DNA of 64,000 nt from Selaginella moellendorffii (Eukaryota > Plantae > Lycopodiophyta): the NCBI RefSeq assembly GCF_000143415.4, contig NW_003314282.1:825374-889373 (forward strand), in the 5' to 3' direction. The translations under genes and the position numbers were made by a program. Positions 50,510-60,783 of this stretch are shown here, one piece after another. Numbering within the stretch: position 1 is the stretch's first letter; each line of letters opens with the position of its first letter. The notes under the pieces were generated by a model, which saw only the letters and a program-made list of their open reading frames with translations, had not been told where the DNA came from and did not search any database.

Positions 50510-51382
50510 ATGATTTATAGCTATATTACAGTATATGTTTTATTTTTGCTGATAATATTTAGTCATAACAGCTTAGCAGCTCTTATTGTAAGAGATAATC
50601 GTAGTGATCTCTCATTATCTACAAAACTATTAATTTTAAGAGCAATAAGAGAGGCTATAGATCAAATAGATGTTAATGTTCCATTTTACACTGGATATAC
50701 AAGATATTATCAGAATTATGGAATTAGGATATTATTATCTAGTATGAATTCGGAAATATCTCCTCCTAACTATCAACTTCTTTGTAGTTTATTTCCAAAT
50801 TACACTACTCCATGGGAAGGTTTGACATTAAGAGCTGAATTTCAAAGAATTTATAATAATTACATCCGTATTGATGATGACATAATTCACTATGGGATTA
50901 CAGAATATATTTTAGGGACACTAAGTATTGAATATGTAGTTGAAAATACTTATATTCTAAGTATACAAAAGATAAACTATTTAAGTTATTTAAATCAGCA
51001 TCAAGATTGTATGTGGAGGCGTACATGTATTAAAAGTACATCTAATTTTTCAAACTTCTCTAATTTATTAAGTGGAGAATTTCTGCAATCTTTAAATAAA
51101 AAATACTCATTACATGTTCAACTAAATTGTAATGTTATATTATATAAAGAAACTATTACCATATGGCAGACTAATACAGAAAATAAAGGAACTAATTGTT
51201 ATTTAACAATGCAAGTTGATGGTAATCTAGTATTATATGATGAATTTCATAATGTTATATGGTCATATAATATTTATTGGAAAAATATTTGGAAACCAAT
51301 GGCACTATGCGTTGAAGATACTGGTCATATAAGTGTTTCTAATATTGTTGAGCAAACTTCAATCTGGAGGGTTCCAAAATAA
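50510..51382 (+). CDS. Secreted protein: signal peptide, unknown ~150-aa domain, C-terminal bulb-type (GNA) lectin domain
   Basis: 290-aa intronless ORF with a hydrophobic N-terminus; LLSGEFL, QLNCNVILY, IWQTNT, LTMQVDGNLVLYD..VIWS. Confidence 0.72.
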   Translation: MIYSYITVYVLFLLIIFSHNSLAALIVRDNRSDLSLSTKLLILRAIREAIDQIDVNVPFYTGYTRYYQNYGIRILLSSMNSEISPPNYQLLCSLFPNYTTPWEGLTLRAEFQRIYNNYIRIDDDIIHYGITEYILGTLSIEYVVENTYILSIQKINYLSYLNQHQDCMWRRTCIKSTSNFSNFSNLLSGEFLQSLNKKYSLHVQLNCNVILYKETITIWQTNTENKGTNCYLTMQVDGNLVLYDEFHNVIWSYNIYWKNIWKPMALCVEDTGHISVSNIVEQTSIWRVPK

Positions 51383-52027
51383 TTAGAAAAACTTCACATG
51401 CTTCTAGGTTTCACTAAATAATACTAATATTTATATTTAATAATATATTGAATATTTATCAATTAACAATGAATAGTTACTAAAATATTTTATAATACAA
51501 GAAGGCTAAACATATAGTATAAATATTATGACTGAAAATTTTATTGATGGTAATACTGATTAAATATTCTATCATAAAATTGTAAACATGAAATTATTAC
51601 TTAACAAATAGTTTTAATAATTACTTTGCTCTGTCTTGCACTTTAAAAATTACTTTGCTCTCTCTTGCACTGGCTTGGCAAGAACCCGTGCGTATTGAGA
51701 CTAGTCTTTCAATATCACTAGATGATAGCTTACTGTGTCTACCAAACACCCTCACTATCACACCCTTTGTATTAGTCTCATTTCGGTGTCAAATGTATGA
51801 GACACAAATCCCTAAGCCCCAAAGTGGAGCCGAAAGGGTGCCACATGGTAGTGGCCGAAGCAAAAGCCAAACGAGCGTAACATGTTTGGACTAAAAGGCT
51901 CCGACTTGAAAGGTTGACAGCGGGAGTGGAACTCCCAACGCAGTGCTCAAGGAACAAGCATGAAGCAAGCAATAAACGAGGCTCCAAAAAGGGACCCAAA
52001 AGGACCAACATATGACACATGGAATTG

Positions 52028-52510
52028 TCCGAGATGGAGTCCGAGATGGACCCGAGTTGGAGTCTGAGGTGGAGTCCGAGATGGAGTCCGAGATGGACCC
52101 GAGTTGGAGACCGAGATGGACCAAGACGGAGTCCGAGATGGAGTCTGAGATGGAGTCCAAGATGGAGTCCGAGATGGACCGAGATGGAGTCCGAGATGGA
52201 CCGAGATGGAGTCCAAGATGGAGTCCGAGATGGAGTCCGAGGTAGACCGAGACGGAGTTCGAGATGGAGTTCGAGATGGAGTCCGAGATGGAATCCGAGA
52301 TGGAGTCTGAGAAGGACCCGAGATGGAGTTTGAGGTCGAGACCGAGACCAGGACCGAGACTGAGACCAAGACCGAGACCGAGACCAAGACCAAGACCAAG
52401 ACCGAGCCCGAGCCCGAGTCCGAGTTTGAGCCCGAGCCCAAGTCCGAGTCCGAGTCCGAGTCCGAGTCCGAGTCCGAGTCCGAGTTCGAGTCCGAGTTCG
52501 AGTCTGAGAG
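52028..52510. repeat. Hexamer/dodecamer tandem array (GAGATG/GAGTCC/GAGACC)n
   Basis: Visible array; source of the spurious low-complexity ORFs. Confidence 0.95.
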
Positions 52511-52559
52511 GGTGAAAGCCCAAAGCATTCGTCTCCCAGACCCTGGGGGGTTTGGTGAG

Positions 52560-54700
52560 CTCCAAAAGTATAGTAAGGGGGAGGACTGCAGTGGAGCCAG
52601 TTTAGCCAGGAAAGGCCAATTTGGCCAGGAAAGGCCAGTTTGGCCCAGGAAGCCAGACCCAGTGTTGGGTGATGAACTGACCACTAGGAAGTCCAAGACT
52701 AGAGTGAATACAGACCGACAAGCGGGGTAGCTTACTGAAGTGTTCAAGAGCCGGCTCTAATTCCCCCGGGAGATCGTCTGGCCGATGCTCCCAATCCAAA
52801 TGTGATACTTGGATACCTAGCATGGCTCAATGGAACCTTGCTCTAAGCCCATGGCTAGAGCACTTAAAGGCGAAAGGCAGGGAGAGTACCCATGAGGCCT
52901 GCGGTGTTCCGAAATGTTGTCCCAAAGTCCCAAACTATGGAAAGGAAGAGGAGTAGCCCTTTGGTGTGGTGACCAAAGACACAATCACACAGGAAGGAAG
53001 TCCTAGAGGACAGTGGGACTTAGTGGTCGGGCCCGTGGGCCTTGATCTAATGGCAGTGTTGGCGAACTCAGCCAAGGAAAGAAAGGGACTTGGTGGGGAC
53101 TGGAACGAAGATATTGGGGAAGGCTATTCCCCATGTCTGCGGGCATCCTAAGGATGCTAAGGAGTGGATCTAGGATGACCACTCATGGACGAATGGCCCA
53201 ATCCTAGAGAGACGGGATTGCAATGCAGGTGGTGTTAGACCACCGATGTGACCAAGGTGAATGGGCATGGCCTGGTGTAACAGGCAGATATGTTAGTGGT
53301 ACCTTGGGTGTCGGTCATGGGATCGGACATGTGGAGCACTAGGACCAAGTGCAAAGGTTGAGTGGCGGGGATGCCATTCTCGGGGCTAACAAGCCCAAGT
53401 TTGGAATAGGACTTATGGAGGTTGTGAGTGAGACTCCTCCAAGTGGTCGAAGGTGTGGCTAAGTGACTAAAGTAGAATGGAAAAATTTAGTCGATTACAA
53501 CTTAGTATCGAAATTGTTCTTTAGTCTGACTTTTATTGGTGCTCAAGTATATCACCACTAGCGTTGGCATTGGAAGATCCGAGGAGTGGGCCTATCCTCG
53601 AGGAGTAGTAGGTCAGGAAGATATGGCTCTCCATTATAGTTCATGTGTGAACTTGTAGACGAGGTGGTGGATAGAAAAGGGCCAATAATGAAACGACTTT
53701 GGGATCTTGGGAACAGTGCAAGGTTTTCCTCATTGAGTTGAGGATGTGATCCAAATGAGCGTTTGACTCAGCAAACTGGCTAATGTAGTTGTGGTAAACA
53801 ACTATAATTGGGATCACAGGGAAGATATAGAGTCCAAAATGATAAAGGAGTCACAAGGTTACCCTCATGAAGTTGAGGTTGGTGCTCATGAATGGGAGAC
53901 CAAAAGTAATGACCGCAGGAGGTCAAATACGGAAAAGGACACAAGTCCTTAAAATGGTAGCCAGAGCTACCTCTAATAAATGCTGGAACAACCCAAGGAG
54001 TTAAGGGTGTATTTAGAGGATGAGTTGGTATTCTCATCACATGGACAAATGGTTCTAAGGGGCGAAAGGTTGCCCCTAGAGAACAAATCAAGTGTCGGAG
54101 TAACACTTGCAAAACATGGTCCTTGTGAGTAGGACATGAATACAAGGAGTTGTATTCTAGTGAGGTAGCATCTGAAAAGTAGGACCTTATAAGTCGTCGG
54201 ATTAACAAAGTCTAAAAGGTTGAATAACTCCAATAGAGTCAAGGAATAATCCTAAGGGCTTGAGGAAAGCATTTGGATTGAAGTGTGTGGTGCCCTACAA
54301 AGGATGGGGAGGATTTTGAGATTTAAGCATGAGAGCAGTATGTATCTCATTGATGGCAGAAGGTGCCATGCTAAAGTCGTGGGAAAAAGTTTCCCGGAAG
54401 AAAACAACTTTAACACAAAGTTATGCATAAACTCTATGGTGCAGTGCTAATGGATAATTGGCATAAGAGACAACCATATTGGTCCTGGCAAAAATACCTG
54501 GACACAAGTAAGAAGGGTCATAAAGGTAGGCTTGTGGAGCCGATGGTGTGGAGACACCAAAGGTGCCAAGGCGTGCTGCCTTGAGGTCAAGTTGGCAGGT
54601 TCATGAGAACCCCTTCCAAAGGAATCCCAATAGAAATGAAAATAGCATAGCCTAAGCTGGAAAGCATGCAGTTAGAGTGTGGTGACCCAGCTAATGATGG
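52560..54700 (+). mobile_element. Highly degenerate gypsy-like retroelement remnant
   Basis: RT-like traces near 53830-54150 (SK....QGY.HEV..., LEDELVFS where YLDDILIFS is expected); no LTRs resolved. Confidence 0.4.
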
Positions 54701-55415
54701 AGGTGTGGAAGCACCAACAATGGGTTGTAGAACTTGACAACTATGAAACAACTAAATGCTCTATTTCGTTAAAGTGGGATTTATTCAGTAAAATGGGACT
54801 AGGTACAAATTTTCAAGTATTTGAAAATGACGTGAAATTATATGTTTTTTGTCCAGGGGCTAGACATATCTGGGGCATGGTGACTAGCGCGGTGACTTTA
54901 TGTCCAGACTGAGTCCATCTGGTTGTATAATAAATCTCATTGTCAAGGTGAACAAGCCGAATCTGAAGCTAAAGAAGAGCGATGGCATGCGCGCACACAC
55001 TATTTGTTTGTTCATTGAGCGTGTGGTGAGCTTTCCAAGATGAACGTCATTCCTATTAGCCAGACATATAACTTAATAGTGAGAACATTTAGATATTATT
55101 CAATGTTATCTTTTTCTAACGAATCTAATTGTGAAGGTGTAGCAAGAGGCATTGCTAGTCTGGAGAAGTCATTTAACTCATTTGACCCTTAGTGTATTTT
55201 AATGAAACTAAATAACATTCATATTATTAAGGAATTTCTCTAGTACCTTTTTTTTACGACATAGAGGCTTGCATTTCTTTCAAAGGTGATTTAGTAAAAG
55301 GCCTGAGGGCACATGCCATTCTATTTCTCAGACCGATATTAAGATATACTAGTGCAAAGGGAAAAAGGTATTTGGTGATCAAGTAAATGGCATGAGGGCA
55401 CACGCCATTATAAGC

Positions 55416-55673
55416 CTAAGCGCTAGTGGACACCTCCTTTTTGGTACTCTCAGCGGTACTATCATCCTTCTCCGGGTCAGTTGTTTTGCTTTGGATTGTT
55501 GTTTCTGACGTTACTGGGGCATTCTCGATAGTTGTTAATGTTGCCGTTTGTTCAGAAAAATGATCACCTGGAGTATAGTACGGGGAGTTTGGAAGACTTA
55601 TATATTCTACATCTTCACCTATCTCCTTCTCCGTCTCCTTTTCTGCCTCACTTACAGATTTTGTGCTTGCCAT
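55416..55673 (-). CDS. Small acidic Ser/Thr/Glu-rich ORF (85 aa) inside the transposon-like unit
   Basis: MASTKSVSEAEKETEKEIGEDVEYISLPNSPYYTP...; open frame in a stop-rich context; no recognisable homology. Confidence 0.35.
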   Translation of the reverse strand: MASTKSVSEAEKETEKEIGEDVEYISLPNSPYYTPGDHFSEQTATLTTIENAPVTSETTIQSKTTDPEKDDSTAESTKKEVSTSA

Positions 55674-56342
55674 GAGAACACTCTTCACCCTAAAATATGG
55701 AGTTCGTTGTGTTATAAAAGGAAACCAACACACTCGCTGCAAGGGAATGATGGTACATAAAGCACGTAAGCCCACAATATGGGTTTATGTGCCATTAATA
55801 TGGGCCACACGCCATATTATTAGATTTATGCACGTGTGATTGGTAAATGCATATGTCACATCATCTTTGTTTTACCTCACACACTATATCAGGCCTAATG
55901 AACCATATCACATGTGCACACATGCTATATATATGGAGAAGTATTATGCAAGGATAGAAATTCAATGCATGATTGTGGAGAGCAATGGCATGAAGCCACA
56001 TGCTAAATAACATTTTAGAGAAAGAATTAAAATAAAAACATGCAAACAGTACTAAGTGGACCAAGACTTAGAAGTGCACAATTGAATGAGGTATTTCTAA
56101 TAAATACTTCACTCACCTCATATAGGAATGGCTACCACTCTCAAATGGCGTATCGCCTCATGCCATCACCTCGCAATTTGTTATAACAATCCGATGAATT
56201 CATATTCGGCTTGTTCACCTTGAACTTTAAGTAAGATTTGCTAGAACAACTAAGAATTTATACTTGTTATTTGTATCATCTCACCTAGGAATGGCGTAAG
56301 GCCACATGCCATCACGCCTCCTCTGATTCAGATTCGGATTGT

Positions 56343-59300
56343 TCACCTTGAAATAAAATACATTAGAAACTTAGTAAAGGAATATTCATGAATCTCACCT
56401 TGAACCCGGGTTATGAATGCTCTTGCTGCATCTCTTGCATGGTCTGGCAAGGTGATGGTGGCACTCTGCTTCCACATCCAACCATGCACAACATTATCCA
56501 CCGATATGCTCATGCTGGGATCCCTTGGATTCAGCACCCATCTCTTTTCTAGGCAATCGTTCGTATATCCGGAACTTGGCTTGAACCACTCCACAGTTAC
56601 ATTGAAGGAGTTAGTTTCCGCGTCCTCCTCTGCATCAGTGATGCAGTGCCCCACCCATATCATTTGTTTTTTATTACTGGGTCTGACAAGCACGACCATT
56701 CCTTTGCAGACCTGTACTGGATTGAATGCTGAATCCGGCTTCTTGTTCCTCGGCCCACAATAGTGATCCTCAACATCGTTATCTGTCACTGCATTTCCAG
56801 AGGACATTGTTCCGCTACTATCTGGTGCTCTGGGTTCTAGCCAAAAGGACTCTTCCAATTCTTCATATACAACCGGCCCATTTTGGATAGCAGATATAAT
56901 CTTCTCCCAGTATTCGAGCAAAGGCTTGCACCTCTGAAAATAGGATTCTCCACCAAACACCAACCCCCTCTTCCAGAAGGCAATATGCTGTCTAATCCCG
57001 GCCACTATACTTTCCTGGTCTTTGAGTCCATCCGGGTGCATCGGCCGTGGGGAACCCTGAGGAATCATAGGTTCCCCAGTTATGGGATCTCTCTTGAAGA
57101 GTTCAATGCCGTCCACTGGCAGCCACACTGTGTCCCATTCTCTCATCTTGTACCTCATCACTGGAGCACCGTCACACATGCTGAAATGAAACTGAAGAGG
57201 CTTGGAGTGGCCAATCAGCGTTTCGGATCCGTCCCTGATGTAGCCTCTTACAAACCCCTTAAAGTCTGGAACCTCTGTCAGAAGTGCAGCTTCAACAGTG
57301 CCTTTGATGCAATTTTGGAATTCATCGTAGAGTTGTGGGAGGGTGAGGACATTGGATCGCCGGAGGGACTCTGCCAGGTGACTGAACATGGCATCGACGT
57401 CTTCATGAGTGTGCCCAACCATGAGAAAGCCAAGTGTAACCGTTTCAAATATGCCTTTGGCAACAAGCATCGCCAAGTACGCGAAGACGTACATGTTTTT
57501 GTTCTCACTGCCAGCATTGTTTGTTTGGAGCAGAAGATGGGGTGGAAGGCCACATCGGCCGCAAGAACTTCCTTGAGATTCTGCTTCGTTTGGATGAGGC
57601 TGTGCATTCACCGGGCGACCAGCCTCGTCGGAATGGCATGAGGCCTCACGTGATAACCCTACAATCTGACGGCCAACATATTCACTGGGATGGCATGGGG
57701 CCCCACGCGATACTGCAAGCCTTTGCTCCTCCTCCAGCTGAACCCTGTATGGGGTTCGATCGACAAGGGCCTTATGCAAGGGTTGGCCGTTCAGCTCAGT
57801 CTGCGCACTTTGCAGAGACCTTAAGTGTTTTGCTAGGGACGCAATCATCATGTTTGCACCCCCGCCACCCCATAGAGGTACAAAGAAGTTCCCATAGTTC
57901 TGGGCACCATGCCCATGAGCGATTATGCCAAACAGAGACACAGGCAGCTGCATGGATGAAGAGATTGCCTTGGGGGCAGGATTGAGTCGAGGTAAGCACG
58001 TCTTTTTCTGGTCCATTTTGTCGTGGATGATGCAGAGGTAAGAGTCAGGTCTCTCCATGGAGAGAATCCTGTTATGATAATATGCAGTCCTGCAGCTTCT
58101 CTGCTCGATGTTGTGGTCGAGCCGCCTTCTAACCAACGTCTCTCGCTCTTGAGCGCTGCAAGAATTCTTCGACAAAGCCATTTTGATAGCAGTGCACTCG
58201 TCACACTTTGAAAAGCTGGAGTACTTTCCTATACTCACATCCCTGAACCTGTTGCTCCACAATCTACTAAATCTAGATTGGCTCAGCTTCCTGTAGCCAT
58301 TACTCTGGAGTTCCCGATTCACATCTTCCAATATGGCCCCCTTGGTATACATGGAAGGGAGAACTCGTTGGGTGTCTCGTGTTCCATCTTCCAAGAGGCG
58401 GGTTTTATGTGGTTGCTGCTCGCTACATGTCTCGACAAACCTCTTGAAGATTGCCTCTCCATATACAACATGACCCCTGGTTTTGTGCGTACCGTCGTTC
58501 CCATGGACTGCCTGTTGAACCTTTTGTTCCTCGAACTCAGTTTTGATTCTGTAGAATGTGGTTCGAGGGACTCCATAAATGATTCTCCATGCCTTCATGC
58601 AGACCAAACCCCTCTGGAAGACCATGCCCCCCACCTGATGTTCTGAAGCATCAACAAATGACCGTAATGCCTCATACACAAAATTGCAAGCTGCCTTCCA
58701 GGACAATGTTTTGTATCTTGCTCTCTCCTCTTCAATAGCATCCCAATCAGCATGTTGACAGCACCTCCTCTTGCAACAAGCAACTGTCGAGACCATTCGA
58801 ACCTCCATCGCCATTTTCTGCCTTTTCGGTTCGTTGCTCAGATCCCTTTGGCTGCGCTTTAGGAAGGTGTACTTTCTTTTCCCATGAAGAGATGTTCTGT
58901 CATCAGTTGTAGTGGTGTCTGATTGTGAATCCTTCACATTCTCAAACACTAAGTGCCTCAATTTCCACCGCACAATGCTTCCAATAGTCAGACTGTTTTC
59001 TTCTGTGTCAACAACCTCTAAAATCGCAACTCCAATATCATCCCAGCCCAATTCTTGATTAGCAACCGCATCTCTTGGATCGACAACTGTGGCTAAGCCC
59101 TCAGCTACCACCTCCCCCTCGGGGTTGTTTAGAAACACCTTCGCCTGAATCCATGTAGCACGGTTCTTAAGATCCACGGAGGGAACATGCGTCGCACTTG
59201 CGCTGTCCCCAACATCTGCTTTCTTCTGAAGATTTTTCAAGGCAACAACAACATTTACCCCGACGACCATCTCTCCTCGTTCAATAGCGACCACATTCCT

Positions 59301-59453
59301 ATCGAAGACAGTCTCTATTGATACAGCAGCATTGCCTTCCCCAAGCCTTTGACAGTGTATAACAAAGTTCCGATCCATAGACACAAGGGTCCTTTTTGCA
59401 ACTCTCTTCCCACCATTCAAAATGTAAACCTTTTCCCCAACCCTGAAGGCCAT
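56343..59453 (-). CDS. Transposase-like protein (RNase H/DDE-like core, two N-terminal SH3/Tnp1-like repeats, C-terminal Tudor/BAH-like module)
   Basis: 1036-aa ORF; CCKRRC, VCMKAWRIIYG, FSKCDEC, IIHDKMDQKKT, LQTNNAGSENKN, FLMVGHTHEDVDAMFS; C-terminal LVRP..IWVG..VTVEWF. Confidence 0.8.
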   Translation of the reverse strand: MAFRVGEKVYILNGGKRVAKRTLVSMDRNFVIHCQRLGEGNAAVSIETVFDRNVVAIERGEMVVGVNVVVALKNLQKKADVGDSASATHVPSVDLKNRATWIQAKVFLNNPEGEVVAEGLATVVDPRDAVANQELGWDDIGVAILEVVDTEENSLTIGSIVRWKLRHLVFENVKDSQSDTTTTDDRTSLHGKRKYTFLKRSQRDLSNEPKRQKMAMEVRMVSTVACCKRRCCQHADWDAIEEERARYKTLSWKAACNFVYEALRSFVDASEHQVGGMVFQRGLVCMKAWRIIYGVPRTTFYRIKTEFEEQKVQQAVHGNDGTHKTRGHVVYGEAIFKRFVETCSEQQPHKTRLLEDGTRDTQRVLPSMYTKGAILEDVNRELQSNGYRKLSQSRFSRLWSNRFRDVSIGKYSSFSKCDECTAIKMALSKNSCSAQERETLVRRRLDHNIEQRSCRTAYYHNRILSMERPDSYLCIIHDKMDQKKTCLPRLNPAPKAISSSMQLPVSLFGIIAHGHGAQNYGNFFVPLWGGGGANMMIASLAKHLRSLQSAQTELNGQPLHKALVDRTPYRVQLEEEQRLAVSRGAPCHPSEYVGRQIVGLSREASCHSDEAGRPVNAQPHPNEAESQGSSCGRCGLPPHLLLQTNNAGSENKNMYVFAYLAMLVAKGIFETVTLGFLMVGHTHEDVDAMFSHLAESLRRSNVLTLPQLYDEFQNCIKGTVEAALLTEVPDFKGFVRGYIRDGSETLIGHSKPLQFHFSMCDGAPVMRYKMREWDTVWLPVDGIELFKRDPITGEPMIPQGSPRPMHPDGLKDQESIVAGIRQHIAFWKRGLVFGGESYFQRCKPLLEYWEKIISAIQNGPVVYEELEESFWLEPRAPDSSGTMSSGNAVTDNDVEDHYCGPRNKKPDSAFNPVQVCKGMVVLVRPSNKKQMIWVGHCITDAEEDAETNSFNVTVEWFKPSSGYTNDCLEKRWVLNPRDPSMSISVDNVVHGWMWKQSATITLPDHARDAARAFITRVQGEIHEYSFTKFLMYFISR

Positions 59454-60750
59454 TCTGAAAGTGCAGAAAAGAAATTAAGACCATACAAAAAATGATTGGA
59501 GAATGGCCTAAATCATAACATACCAAACAACCTCAATAGCATGAGGCCACATGCCATTATTCAAACATGCTATTGACACCCACGTGAAATTTCGCATTCA
59601 CAAAATTGGCATGAGCCCTCATGCCATCTTGATATACACACAGCTGCAGGCAAGTAAAAACATACATGACAATACGCTAGCCATGAAATTGCAAGGGCCC
59701 AAGATGGCATGTGGCCTCATGCCATTTCTAAATGTGGTCCTAAGCCATTCCATGGTGAACATACCAGGAAGCACAAGTGCCGAATATCAAGAGGAAGCGG
59801 TAGCCACACCAAAGACAGTGCCGCTCGCAACACCGCAACTAGAGGCGGTAGTTCTACAGCAACACCGCAACTGCTCGTAGCGCCGCTCGCACAAACTGCC
59901 ACTCGCATAAACTGCCGCTCGCAATGGCGCTCGCAATGCCGCAACCGCTCATAGACGCATAAACCACAGCCCACAACGCCGCTTACACAAGCAGCGCTCA
60001 CTGCGCTCAGCGGAACCAAGAACACGGCACACAAAAATGATAGACCTAGGAATGAGTTCGAGAATTCAAAAATAACACACGCTTGAACGTCACATCAAAT
60101 CCTCTGACAAACCAGATCTTATGACTCCTCTGACAAATTTCAAACTGAGTAGCTTCTAGACTTTGCTGTCGGAGGTTGAACTTTGTCACATCATGTCCTT
60201 GCCTCGATCCAGCTGTGCCATGTCAGTGATTCGAACTTTGCCATGCCATGTCAGCGATCCGCGCCAAGATTATTCGCCGTGTAAAGGAATAATTATGCTG
60301 TGTGTGTACGTCCATTTATGGCAATATAAGGCCACACGCCATTCAAAGAATAATGCTAGTCGAGCATTTTTTGGTGCATTTTTGGGTTCAAAATTGCATG
60401 AGCCCACACGCTATAAAGTTTACCTGTACCAAAAATAGAAACAGCTTTATTTACTTGGGAATTTAAGTGGTTGAGGCATTTTTAAACTTACAAACACATG
60501 CCCTACTTACATTCCTTTGGTTGCTTAAAATTCAAAAATATTATAAACCTTTCTTTTTGCATTTTCAATGTTTTCAATTATGGTTTTTGATTTTCGTAGG
60601 ACCAGCCTAGTAATCTATTTGCATCCCGTCATGTTTATAGCTAACTTTCGTTTGTCCCCTTCGCTAGCCTGAGATACATCTGCTCGGCATCTGCCTCTTA
60701 CAGCATTTGCCCAGAAAGGGCATCTTTCTTCACGCAGCATTTGCCACATG

Positions 60751-60783
60751 TTTAGGGTTTAGGGTTTAGGGTTTAGGGTTTAG
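60751..60783 (+). repeat. Interstitial plant telomeric repeat (TTTAGGG)4 + TTTAG
   Basis: Directly visible. Confidence 0.95.

Noticed and set aside
51891-52747. LG/SD/ES/PR repeat ORFs on both strands
   Set aside because: Products of the hexamer array with no other coding signal.
60751-60783. True chromosome end
   Set aside because: Only ~5 units, with unique sequence on both sides.
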